A stretch of 64,000 nucleotides of DNA from Eledone cirrhosa (taxonomy: Eukaryota), in assembly GCA_964016885.1 (NCBI GenBank), contig OZ024762.1, forward strand, positions 18,042,001 to 18,106,000, written 5' to 3'. The notes beneath the pieces were generated by a model. It saw only the letters and a program-made list of their open reading frames with translations. It searched no databases and had not been told where the DNA came from. How positions within the stretch are numbered: position 1 is the first letter of the stretch; every line of letters begins with the position of its first letter. A program made the position numbers and the translations under genes. Below, piece by piece: positions 1 through 12,844 of the stretch.

Positions 1-143
1 GTTGCCAATAAGAAAGACATGCACCAGTTGCTTTCACTTCAATTTATTATAGTAAATTTATAATAAATTTATAAATTTATAAATTTCTGGTTGGTTGGTT
101 GGTTCCACAACCAGATAGTTGTTTATATATATATTCAGAAACG

Positions 144-204
<61 letters not shown>

Positions 205-1011
205 GTTTTCGCATATTGATAATAACATTCGATTCGTTTGCTACTATGCAAACAAGCCTTATTATTACAGCCATGTCAGTAGAATGAACCCTTCATTCTT
301 GCTCTTGTGTTGGCATGTAAACAGAACTGCAGACACTAATGTTTCTGGGTATCACCCTTCATCAGTACAGCTCACTGTTCACCTGCCAACTGTCAGAGCT
401 AGTGAAAATATATGCTATTTTCTAAAATATACAGTGACTGATCAGCCTGATTTTTTTTTATTTGAATGTGGCAAAGCCAGCCATTTATCGCTCGTATGCA
501 GGAAACTGACTGGCCAGTCTGCTGATATGTATATCTGGCTGATCAGTGGATCTGCTAATATGCAGATCTGACTGATCAGCCCGTCTACTAACATGCAAAT
601 TAGAGTGTTGTAGTTTGCTTGAAGCATTGTTGAATAGGAAATTTAGACGCCACAGAAAAAAGCACCCAGCACTCACTGTAAATGAGGTTGGTGTTAGGAA
701 GCTGTAGGAATCAAGCCAGAATCAGTTCCTGTACGAGCAAGGCATGGTCAGCCGACCGGACACTGCCCACAACAGGACAACCCATCTAACCCATGCTAGC
801 GTGGAAGAACGGACGTAAAACAGTGATGATGATGCTGATGATGATATACATATCTTCTGAAGATCCCGTTAAAGATGAAAGCAGCAACTCTTTGCTTAAA
901 CTTTAATCTGTTATTTTGATAAATATTTGCTCTACGGTTTTTATATATTTTTATATATATATCATCCTTATCGAGCCCTCTTCAGATTTTAGTCTTCATA
1001 TTTATTATTAT

Positions 1012-1047
<36 letters not shown>

Positions 1048-1507
1048 CGCTGTAATGTGGCCGTGTAGGCAACATGGTAAAAACCTCCCAGCCCCACACT
1101 GTAAATGTGGTTGGTGTTAGGAAGGGCATCCAGCTGTAGAAAACCCGCCAGACAGTCCTATGCGAGCAAGACAACCACTCTTGCCTCAAGTGGGAAAACC
1201 CCCGTCCAAACCCATGCAAGCGTGGAACAGGGACGTTAAACGATGATGATGATGATGATGATGATATATACATCCACTTTCTCATGAACAATTACAATAC
1301 AAGTACTGCCAAGTGCAGTCACCTCATTATGATGTTGGCTGAATGTAATATCTTGTGATATGTTTAGAAACCTTAATTACTAAATGTGCACACCCATATT
1401 TACACACACGCATGCATGTAATATATCTGAAGATATACATACAGATATCTATTTACAACGACATACGTACATGCATGCACACACACATACACGCACACAT
1501 ATATATA

Positions 1508-2560
1508 TATATATTAGTAAAAATGAAAAGAAAATGCTGACAAATTTTTCCCAGTGAAAAATAGTTTAATTAGGAATAAGTATAAATTAGTAATAAGTAT
1601 TAGTTAGTATTTAGTTTTAGTTTTAAGTTTTTACCGGTTGCGTATTTCTTATGCTTTTCAAAAATAATTTTGAGATAGAGCGCTCGTGATTTTTGCTCTA
1701 ATCTGATCAGTTTTGGAAATTCTTCCTGTTTTATGTGAAAAAAGTGGCTTGGGAGGTATTAAGATTTGGTTGGTTGTTGAATGTCACGTGAATAAGCACT
1801 ATAAATCTCGCGCCAATTCGTGTTGCAAAAATTCTTGTAGTCAAAACAATTTTGATTGGTTGGTAGAAGTCACATGAATGTTTAAATTGATTTTAGCGTG
1901 AACTGGTTTCACGCCAAATGTAGGTTTGTCAAAGAGTGTCCTTTTCTGCTTGATTAAGTTGCAGTCATGTTGAGAGGTCAACAGTTCAGGTGTCTATTAA
2001 GACAAATATATGTGTGTATGTGTATGTGTAGCAAAGTGGTTCATTGTTGTGATAATGGAAATGAATCGGTCAGTAAGAATGTGTGTGAATGTGTGTGAGT
2101 TGCAGTCATGTTGAGAGGTCAACAGTTCAGGTGTCTATTAAGACAAATATGTGTGTGTGTGTGTGTGTGTGTGTAGCAAAGAAATCATGACCACTCTATC
2201 TCAAAATTATTTTTGAAAAGTATTAGAAATGCGCAACCAGTAAAAACTTAAAACTAAAACTGAATACTAACTAATACTTATTATTAATTTCGGTGGATTG
2301 GCAGTATCGGTAGAGGGTCTGACGCTATGCTTTGCAGCAAAGAGTTACGCCCCTTTATGGTTTGAGTTCAAATCCCGCCGAGGTTAACTTTGCCTTTCAT
2401 CCTTACGGGGTCGATAAAATAAAGTACCAGTAATGCACTGGATAATTGCTGGCCTTGTGCCAAAAGTAGAAACAATTATTAATTTATACTTATTCCTAAT
2501 TAAACTATTTTTCACTGGGAAAAATTTGTCAGCATTTTCTTTTCCTTTTTACTAATATAT
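1508..2560. mobile_element. Element with ~175-bp inverted arms (right arm interrupted by SINE B), each arm carrying a U3:A8 hammerhead-like motif
   Basis: 1508-1680 is the reverse complement of 2194-2290 plus 2481-2560; TTGAAAA g(c/t)at..at(g/a)c GCAA cc(g/a)g TA at 2210-2245 (+) and 1629-1664 (-). Confidence 0.7.
2291..2480 (+). mobile_element. tRNA-derived SINE family B (~190 bp). Other copies near 6597(-), 7900(-), 15870, 17945, 27170(-), 28018, 29985, 31500, 38840, 43583, 45770(-), 53455(-), 53973, 59480
   Basis: ggtggattggcagtatcgg..gagttcaaatcccgccgaggttaactttgcctttcatccttacggggtcgataaaataaagtaccag..gtagaaacaatt recurs throughout the window. Confidence 0.85.
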
Positions 2561-2663
2561 TACAACTCGTGTGTCACACCTCTATTTTTTCAAATATATA
2601 TATATAGGTTAACGAATAAACCCTATTGTACAGCCGACTACATTATTATTCACTCATTTACTA

Positions 2664-2695
<32 letters not shown>

Positions 2696-3077
2696 CACAG
2701 TGTATATATATACACAGTGTATATATATATATATACACAGTGTATATAAACACAGTGTATATATACACAGTATATATACACAGTGTATATATACACAGTG
2801 TATATATATATATACACAGTGCATATATATATACACAGTGTATATATATATATACACTCAGTGCTCCTGTGGGAGCCCCTACATGGACACACTAGAAGAG
2901 GAAGACCAAGGTTAACGTATGTTGATGCCCTAATGACAGACACTGGTCTGTTGGAGACGCAGGACATGGCAGCGATAATGAGGGACAGAGACCGCTGGAG
3001 AGAACTCGTCCATGGATCTCAGGAATTTTACCCGCCTTAGATAGATATATACACACACAGATATATATATGTGTAAG

Positions 3078-3109
<32 letters not shown>

Positions 3110-3446
3110 CATACACATATATATATATGTGTGTGTGTGTGTCATCATCATCATCATCATCACCGTTTTACGTCCGTTCTTCCACGCTAGCATGGGTTAG
3201 ACGGGTTGTCCTGTTGTGGGCAGTGTCTGGTCGGCTGACCATGCCTTGCTCATACAGGAACTGATCTGGCTTGATTTCTACAGCTGGATGCCCTTCCTAA
3301 CACCAACCTCATTTACAGTGAGTGCTGGGTGCTTTTTCGTGGCGCCTACACGTCCACTTTACAGTGTGGGCTGGGTGCTTTTTTGCCGTGGCACCTCCAC
3401 GACCACCTTGCGGTGGGGGGGGGGGGGGGCATATTGTTTATATGCT

Positions 3447-5103
3447 TCAGCATGTACCCATGGGAGGTCGGGTACCCTGTATTACTGCGTGACGCCAGAA
3501 GTCACGGTCGTGTGTCATTGACTTTGAGAGGTGTAGTTGGGTAAGGTCGGCTTTTATCACCTCATCCCAAGTCATCTTGGGTCTCCCCACTCCGCGGTTT
3601 CCATCAACTTCTAGTGCTCTGCACCTTTTTATGCAGCTGTCATCCTTCATACGCATCACATGTCCATACCAGCGTAACCGCCTCTCCTGCACGCAGCATT
3701 TGATTCCTCTTATGCTCAGTCTCTCTCTCAATTCATTTATGCTTTGTCGTTCACGTATATTACTGTTACACATCCATCGGAGCATGCAGGCTTCGTTTCT
3801 CTCTAATCTACGTAAGTCTTCCACCTTCAGCGCCCAGGTCTCACTACCATGCAACATCGCTGTTCGGATACACGCATCATACAGTCTGCCTTTCATTCTG
3901 AGGGAGAAGCCTTTTGCAGCTAGCAGTGGTAGTAGTTCCCTAAACTTCTTCCATCCCGTTCTTACCCTAGTTATTGTACTTTCTGAGCACCCACCTCCGT
4001 TGCTAATTCGGTCACCTAGGTAGCAGAAGCTGTCTACTGTTTCTACAGGGCCCTCCCAGAGATTGGTGGTACTTGTTTCCTGTGGCTGTTTGCTTGCTGT
4101 TTCAGCACAGCTGCTGCATGTGAATCCTACATTCTTAATTAAGCTTCCTGAGATCCCGCTACATCTCTTGTGTACCCATTGTTTGCATTTGGGGCAAAGA
4201 ATGGAGTTCCTACCTACACCTTTCCTACATACTGAGCAAGGCCATTTCCCTGAGGGGATCTGGGTTCTGTTTTCTCGTCTACTTATAAGGACCTTAGTCT
4301 TTGTCATGTTGACTTTGAGGCCCTTTCTCTCTAGTCCCTGCTTCCAGGTTTGGAATTTATTCTCTAGTTCTACCATAGATTCAGCTATGAGTGCGAGGTC
4401 ATCAGCATACAGGAGTTCCCATGGGCATCCGGTCTTAAACTCCTCCGTTATTGCCTGCAGGACTATGATGAACAGGAGAGGGCTAAGAACAGAGCCCTGG
4501 TGGACCCCAACCTGTACGCTAAATTCCTCGCTATACTCATTGCCAATCCTAACTTTGCTGACTGCTCCCCTATACATGGCTTGTACCGCTTTCACAAGCC
4601 ATTCATCTACTCCTAGTTTTCTAAGAGCCCACCAGATTACTGCACGTGGAACTCTGTCAAAGGCTTTCTCAAGGTCGACAAATGCCAAGTAGAGTGGCTT
4701 ACTTTTAGCTAGGTACTTTTCCTGTAATTGCCTCACAAGGAAGAGCGCATCAGTGGTGCCTTTCCCTGGAACAAACCCAAATTGCATCTCGTCTATATTC
4801 ACCCGGTCCCTAATCAGCTGTGCTATAACTCTTTCTGTTACTTTCATGACCTGGTCCATCAACTTTATACCTCTATAGTTTCCTCTATCTAGTGCATCAC
4901 CTTTACCTTTGTAGCAGTTGACAATGATGCTACTGCACCAATCTTTTGGTATGACACCTAGTATTACCTGGTTAACAATACGTGTGGTTATAGTGTGACC
5001 TATAGACCCAGATACCTTTAGCATCTCGGCAGCTATACCCGATGGACCGGTTGCCTTCCCCATCTTCATATCTTTGATTGTCTTACTTACTACGCTGCTG
5101 CTG
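3447..5103 (-). mobile_element. RTE-clade LINE, 5'-truncated, with an uninterrupted 540-aa RT/C-terminal ORF containing a PHD-like Cys cluster
   Basis: QFGF, FVDLEKAFD, GVHQGSVLSP, LLYADD; CSVC..CPKCKQWVHKRC..CSSC; RRLRWYGHVMRM..GRPKMTW. Confidence 0.93.
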
Positions 5104-5390
5104 ACTTAGTACTTTGTGGAATATTATTATTATTATTATTTTTTTTTTCTTGGTAACGCAAACCATTAGTTGTTTCATAGCAACTCTAGAGCTTTTAACG
5201 GAAACACCTTAAAGTCAATGTGTGAACCAGATGCATGTGAAATAATTCTAAAGTATTAGGTGTGTATATATATATATATATCTTCATCACAGTTGAAGAT
5301 CCATTTTTCTATGCTTGCATGGGTTAGATGAGTTGTCCACGTTATGAGATAAGTCTGCCAAGCTGATATATATATATATATATATACAGA

Positions 5391-5426
<36 letters not shown>

Positions 5427-5530
5427 TGCATATATATATATATATATATATACAGATGTATATATATATATATATATACAGATGTATATATATATATATA
5501 TATACAGATATATATATATATATATATACA

Positions 5531-5566
<36 letters not shown>

Positions 5567-5841
5567 TGCATATGTATATATATATATATATATATACAGA
5601 TGCATATGTATATATATATATATCTTTAACGATCGACTTTCGTCAAATCGGACCGAGGAAACAATGTTTCCGTTGGTCTTTCCAATTGCTAATACTATCT
5701 ATCGGTCGCAACTCCAGGTAGAAGGAGCAACGTGAAATAAAGTGTCTTGCTCAAGGACATAACGCATCGCCTGGTCCAGGAATCGAACTCACAACCTCAC
5801 GATTGCGAATCCAATTCTCTAACCACTCAGCCACACGCCTT

Positions 5842-5889
<48 letters not shown>

Positions 5890-5894
<5 letters not shown>

Positions 5895-6228
5895 TCATCA
5901 TCATCATTTCATTTTACGTCTACTTTTCCCTGCTTGCAAGGGTGGGACGGGAACTGATTCTGGCTTGATTTCTACAGCTGGATGCCCTTCCTAACACCAA
6001 CCTCATTTACAGTGAGTGCTGGGTGCTTTTTTGCCGTGGCACCTCCACGACCACTTTGCAGTGGAATGATAGGGACTCAAGTCCATATCATCTCATTTCT
6101 ACAGCTGAGTAAACTGGAGCAATGTGAAATAAAGTGTCTTGCTCAAGGAAACAACACATCACCCGGTCTGAGAATTGAACTCACAACCTTTCGATTGCAA
6201 GGCCAATGCTCTAACCACTAAGCCATGT
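5890..6228 (-). mobile_element. tRNA-derived SINE family A (CORE-like middle, RTE-type tail). Other copies: 6895-7243, 16290-16628, 24605-24935, 32148-32475, 33860-34200, 36465-36800, 40840-41160, 51376-51545 (partial)
   Basis: Reverse complement has A box TGGCTTAGTGG, B box GAGTTCAATTC, tccttgagcaagacact, and tail ccgtcccacccttgcaagcagggaaaa..gacgtaaaatga resembling the RTE 3' end at 61370-61420. Confidence 0.85.
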
Positions 6229-6320
6229 ATATATACACACACACAGATGCATATATATATATATATATATCCGTCCCACCCTTGCAAGCAGGGAAAAACG
6301 GACGTAAATGATGATGGTGA

Positions 6321-6361
<41 letters not shown>

Positions 6362-6571
6362 TGTGGCTGAGTGGTTAGAGAATTGGATTCGCAATCGTGA
6401 GGTTGTGAATTCGATTCCTAGACCAGGCGATGCGTTATGTCCTTGAGCAAGACACTTTATTTCCCGTTGCTCCTTCTACCTGGAGTTGCAACCGATAGAT
6501 AGTATTAGCAATTGGAAAGACCAACGGAAACATTGTTTCCTCGGTCCGATTTGACCAAAGTCGATCGTTCC

Positions 6572-6602
<31 letters not shown>

Positions 6603-8219
6603 TCTACTTTTGGTACAAGGCCAGCAATTAACCTCAGTGCATTACTGGTGCTTTATTTTATCGACCCCATAAGAATGAAAGGCAAAGTTAACCTCGGTGG
6701 GATTTGAAATTAGACCGTAAAGTGGAGTAACTCTATGCTGCAAAGCATGGCAGCCGACCCTCTACCGATACTACCAATCCACCACCCTTGTATATATAAG
6801 ATGCGCCTTATCACCTAAGAATAAGCTCAAAGAAAAATCAAGGAATAAATCCGAAAATATAATCATTACAAAATAGTGAATGACATATATATATATCATC
6901 ATCATCATTTTCATTTCATTTTACGTCCGCTTTTTCCCTGCTTGCAAGGGTGGGACGGGAACTGATTCTGGCTTGATTTCTACAGCTGGATGCCCTTCCT
7001 AACACCAACCTCATTTACAGTGAGTGCTGGGTGCTTTTTTGCCGTGGCACCTGCACGACCACTTTGCAGTGGAATGATATGGACCCCAGTCCCTATCATC
7101 TCATTTCTACAGCTGAGTAAACTGGAGCAATGTGAAATAAAGTGTCTTGCTCAAGGAAACAACACATCACCCGGTCTGAGAATTGAACTCACAACCTTTC
7201 GATTGCAAGGGCAATGCTCTAACCACTAAGCCATGTGCCTCCATATACATATATATATTTCTAATGATATAAATGTACAATAGAACATATCAAACTTTAA
7301 CAGGAGACAATCTGTATAGAACACATAGTTCATTACAGTATCATATTAAAATTTAACAAAAATTTAAAATATAGATACATGAAAAAAAATCATATATATT
7401 TCCCTCATATGTATCCTTCACTAATCATGAATACCTTTCACCAAATATCGGTGCAGTTAGATAATAGTGAGGATATCGATCTATCTGAACTTACACCTGT
7501 TAACATACAGACCTGAAAACGACAACAGAAAAACATAAGCACATGGTATTATCAAAAAACAAGCGCGCACAGTCACCGTCTGCAGTGATGTGAAGGGTTT
7601 CACAACAACTAGAAATAGCAGCCTAACCTCTCAACATATTAACTGTTCAACCGAGTAGGAGCATAAATATATTACATTCAATATATATATATATCGTCAT
7701 TGGCTGGTAAAACATCTTCTTTACTTGTCACAAGCATTGGACGTTTTTGTAGCTTTTTCAAAGCATCTGTCCAGAGTGTTCCCAAGAGAGGTTTTGGCCT
7801 ATGTTCCAGGCCATCCCTGATTACTTCTTCCCAGGCCTTATGTGGGCTCCTCCTTCCCCATCTACCAGTGGCCACAATCTTGGTATATAAAATAATAATA
7901 ATTGTTTCTACTTTTTGGCACAAGCCAGCAATTACCCAGTACATTACTGGTACTTTATTTTATCGACCCCGTAAGGATGAAAGGCAAAGTTAACCTCGGC
8001 GGAGAAATATTAAAACAATGAAATTAAACACAAAAGGTTAATTCATAGTAAAACTCATTATTTTACGATCGTTTCTGGGGGGTAGTTCCCCATATGTCCA
8101 TTCAATTATTGATCTATGTAAAACATATTACAAAATATCATAGTAAGAAAAAATACATACATCTTCACTACCCGCCGTCTTCAGAAAGTTAGACCCTACC
8201 ATTGATTGGTAGATTTATC

Positions 8220-8248
<29 letters not shown>

Positions 8249-8251
<3 letters not shown>

Positions 8252-8445
8252 GAAGGAAATGTGGTAAGGAACCAAGTGGACCATAACGCACCAAAGTACT
8301 CAATACTTAGGGTAGTAGAGTGGGTAATAGGAAGAAGTAGGACCCCGACGGCTGAGCTCAAGCCGTTTCGATGGCTAATTCTGGACTAAAATCAGAATTA
8401 GCCGTCGAAACGGCTTGAGCTCAGCCGTCGGGGTCCTACTCGTTC

Positions 8446-8449
<4 letters not shown>
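8249..8449. mobile_element. ~200-bp fold-back element in (TA)n; copies 10005-10198, 26187-26391, 57570-57758, 62923-63084
   Basis: Unique ~75-bp tail followed by ~55-bp inverted arms ataggaa..gacggc(t/a)gagctcaagccgtttcgacggcta / tagccgtcgaaacggcttgagctc..ttcctat. Confidence 0.8.
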
Positions 8450-8477
<28 letters not shown>

Positions 8478-8748
8478 GATGGCTGAAACTCGATTTCGAG
8501 TAATGTTATCGCAAGATACATAAGCATGGGCATCACAGACGTGGGGTTTTAGCCCAGCTACGTACTTGCCTATGGCCAGCAATACCATGCATTGCAAAAA
8601 TTGTCAGATATCAAGCAATGCCTGTGACAGAAACTTTTTAAATGAGGAAAGGCTTTGCATGAGGCCAATCTCACTCTCTGAACGTCAAATGTATTTACTC
8701 AAAAAGAAGAACTGATCTCCATGATTGGATACAAATGAAGTCACAATT

Positions 8749-9038
8749 GACCTTCTCCTAGAGAGACCTTCTCCCAGGGAGACCTTCTCCTAGAGAGACC
8801 TTTACCCAGGGAGACCTTCTCCCAGGGAGACCTTCTCCTAGAGACACCTTCTCCTAGGGAGACCGTCTCTCAGAGAGACCTTCTCCTAGGGAGAACTTCT
8901 CCCAGAGAGACCTTCTCCTAGGGAGACCTTCTCCTAGGGAGACCTTCTCCCAGGGAGACCTTCTCCTAGAGAGACCTTCTCCTAGAGAGACCTTCTCCTA
9001 GAGAGACCTTCTCTTAGGGAGACCTTCTCCCAGAGAGA
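8749..9038. repeat. 16-bp minisatellite (~18 copies)
   Basis: gagaccttctcc(c/t)ag(g/a), period 16. Confidence 0.9.
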
Positions 9039-9354
9039 TGTCTTAAAGAAGACTTGGGGTTTCTTGCTCCACAAAAAAAAAAGCTTTATTGGATGGCCAT
9101 TGACTCTCCTCAGTTCCTTCACCCTTTAACGAGTTTTGCTTTTCATCCCGCAGGGTGTCCAAAATCCTCCTCCTCACCAACTGAAGAAGATGATATGATT
9201 GAACCCATATATTAGGTCTGATAGTATACAGTTCTCTAACTACTATATATCAGTCGATATATTGATAGGATCAACACTCGGAATGATCGTAAAACAATTC
9301 AGGAATTATGTAAAATAACTTGCCTTAGTTATCATTGTTAAATAATATAATATG

Positions 9355-9396
<42 letters not shown>

Positions 9397-10193
9397 CTAA
9401 TCTATTGTAAAACTAATTCTTTGATTTATTCATTGAACCTTGTTTAACCTTTATATATATATATATATATTTAGCAATTGGAAAGACCAACAGAAACATT
9501 GTTCCCTCGGTCCGATTTGACAAAAGTCGATCGTTCCTTTTATATATATAGTAAAAAAGGAAACAAACAGTAGAAAATGCTAGAGGGATTTTTTCTCAGA
9601 ATAACATCAAAGCATTTATTTACAAAATAGCGGTTTCATATATATATATGATGAAAAGCAAAACCCGTCCAAACCCATGCAAGCGTGGAACACGGACGTT
9701 AAACGTTGATGATGATGATGATGATGATATCCAGAGAGTGTAACTTGAAGCTACTGTAGGTTCACCCGGGTGAGCAGTCGATGTTTAGGTTCACTTCAGT
9801 GTCGAGGTGTAGAGCTAGACAGAGTGTATTATAGTGAACAAGGACGATTGTTTACTCCTTCATTACATTTATTGGTTGGTGACACGTGTTTCATCACTGA
9901 TCAGCTCAAGGTTCGATCTGTATCGATCTAGCCCAACTCTGTAATATGTGGCTCGTCGGACCCCTTGTAATGCTAGTAGAATATATATTTATATATATAT
10001 ATATAACGAAGGAATTGTGGTAAGGAACCAGAAGGACCATAACGGACCACAGTACTCAATACTTAGGGTAGTAGAGTGGGTAATAGGAAAAGGTATGACC
10101 CCGACGGCAGAGCTCAAGCCGTTTCGACGGCTATTTCAGTCCAGAAATAGCCGTCGAAACGGCTTGAGCTCTGCCGTCGGGGTCATACCTTTT

Positions 10194-10265
<72 letters not shown>

Positions 10266-10784
10266 CATATAAGAATAACATTAAGAAAGATGCTGTGTTT
10301 ACATAAAGCGTTTATTCATTATAATTATTTCTATGGTGACCTCTGTATGCATTCAGGGTGCAGTAGTTGCATTTGTTGCTGGTTTGGGTGTGATTTCATC
10401 AGAGGGATTTACGTTTATGGTTTATGTGATATGCTGCATATACACACACACGCACACACACACACACACACGCATATATATATATATACACACATATATA
10501 TATATACATATATACATATATATATATATATACACAGTTCCTTACCACATTTCCTTCGTTATATATATCTTTCTCTCTCTCTCTGAACCACCTCCTGACA
10601 GGATAAAATAATAATAATGAAATATTGTGTACAGTGCTCAGGTGCACTACAACTTATCAAAAAGTGTATGTATAGTACGTAGGGTAATGTACAAACGTCA
10701 GGAAAATGAACAGTGCATGAGTCATGATATGTGCATGTGTATGGAAGGGGGACATCAGGTGTAGTGTTGGCGAATTTCGGGAAG

Positions 10785-11887
10785 CATGAGGGTTTTAAAG
10801 GATGCAGTGTCTCGACAGCTGACAACTGATGCAGGTAGTTTGTTCCATGGAGGTTTTAAAGGATGCAGTGTCTCGACAGCTAACAACTGATGCAGGTAGT
10901 TTGTTCCATGGAGGTTTTAAAGGATGCAGTGTCTCGACAGCTAACAACTGATGCAGGTAGTTTGTTCCATGGAGGTTTTAAAGGATGCAGTGTCTCGACA
11001 GCTAACAACTGATGCAGGTAGTTTGTTCCATGGAGGTTTTAAAGGATGCAGTGTCTCGACAGCTAATAACTGATGCAGGTAGTTTGTTCCATGGAGGTTT
11101 TAAAGGATGCAGTGTCTCGACAGCTAATAACTGATGCAGGTAGTTTGTTCCATGGAGGTTTTAAAGGATGCAGTGTCTCGACAGCTAACAACTGATGCAG
11201 GTAGTTTGTTCCATGGAGGTTTTAAAGGATGCAGTGTCTCGACAGCTAACAACTGATGCAGGTAGTTTGTTCCATGGAGGTTTTAAAGGATGCAGCGTCT
11301 CGACAGCTAACAACTGATGCAGGTAGTTTGTTCCATGGAGGTTTTAAAGGATGCAGTGTCTCGACAGCTAATAACTGATGCAGGTAGTTTGTTCCATGGA
11401 GGTTTTAAAGGATGCAGTGTCTCGACAGCTAATAACTGATGCAGGTAGTTTGTTCCATGGAGGTTTTAAAGGATGCAGTGTCTCGACAGCTAACAACTGA
11501 TGCAGGTAGTTTGTTCCATGGAGGTTTTAAAGGATGCAGCGTCTCGACAGTTAACAACTGATGCAGGTAGTTTGTTCCATGGAGGTTTTAAAGGATGCAG
11601 TGTCTCGACAGCTAATAACTGATGCAGGTAGTTTGTTCCATGGAGGTTTTAAAGGATGCAGTGTCTCGACAGCTAATAACTGATGCAGGTAGTTTGTTCT
11701 ATGGAGGTTTTAAAGGATGCAGTGTCTCGACAGCTAACAACTGATGCAGGTAGTTTGTTCCATGGAGGTTTTAAAGGATGCAGTGTCTCGACAGTTAACA
11801 ACTGATGCAGGTAGTTTGTTCCATGGAGGTTTTAAAGGATGCAGTGTCTCGACAGCTAATAACTGATGCAGGTAGTTTGTTCCATGC
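10785..11887. repeat. 61-bp minisatellite (~18 copies) expanded inside a CR1 fragment
   Basis: Unit catggaggttttaaaggatgcagtgtctcgacagctaacaactgatgcaggtagtttgttc; a one-base shift per 60-nt line gives period 61. Confidence 0.93.
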
Positions 11888-12099
11888 TTCAACAACTCTA
11901 AGCGTGAAAAATTGTTTCCGAAAGTCATGGGAACTGTGCTGTTTTCTGACTTAGTGGGCATGTCCACGTGTGTTAGACACATGGAGATCAAATACACAAC
12001 AATCAGGGCCATTGTTACCTTTAATGGCAACTAGGCACCAAGCTGCAGACTTCACAGAAGAGCTGACGGAACTTTAAAGGATCACAGTTATATATATAT

Positions 12100-12216
<117 letters not shown>

Positions 12217-12245
12217 TATAATCCCGACTGCAGCGTCAAGCGGTT

Positions 12246-12290
<45 letters not shown>

Positions 12291-12310
12291 TAAATATGTA
12301 AACATATATA

Positions 12311-12356
<46 letters not shown>

Positions 12357-12386
12357 ATAATATATATAAATATGTAAACATATATA

Positions 12387-12417
<31 letters not shown>

Positions 12418-12458
12418 TATATATATATATAATATATATAAATATGTAAACATATATA

Positions 12459-12489
<31 letters not shown>

Positions 12490-12550
12490 TATATATATAT
12501 ATATATAAACGAAACTTCCTCATTTTTTTTCTATTAAATGTATATATATA

Positions 12551-12582
<32 letters not shown>

Positions 12583-12649
12583 AATATGCAAATAAGACCT
12601 TTGATTGCCTTAAATTTAAGTAATATATATATATATATATATGTATATG

Positions 12650-12702
<53 letters not shown>

Positions 12703-12844
12703 GATATCCGTAGATGAAAGGCCAAAGAAAACAATGCTCAATCTAGTACAAGAGAACTTATTTATTTTATATTAAAATTTCATTCACTGAACATGCACAT
12801 ACATGTTAAGAGTATGAAATTTTAATATACAGTATCCTCATCCT

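Noticed and set aside
334-368. Further CTGATGA/GAAA hammerhead candidates (also ~857-900, ~9181, ~48495, ~49655, ~50780)
   Set aside because: Stem I or the core could not be closed convincingly; they may be decayed copies and are not claimed.
5982-6221. Recurrent 79-aa ORF MPFLTPTSFTVSAG... resembling a multigene family
   Set aside because: It is the antisense reading of SINE family A.
6358-6430. tRNA gene candidates (A/B boxes)
   Set aside because: They are SINE heads continuous with SINE bodies and have no proper acceptor stem.
10785-11887. CRISPR-like regular array (also considered for 20445-21860 and 55490-56790)
   Set aside because: Units are contiguous with no unique spacers, there are no cas genes, the context is eukaryotic, and two of the arrays derive from TE sequence.
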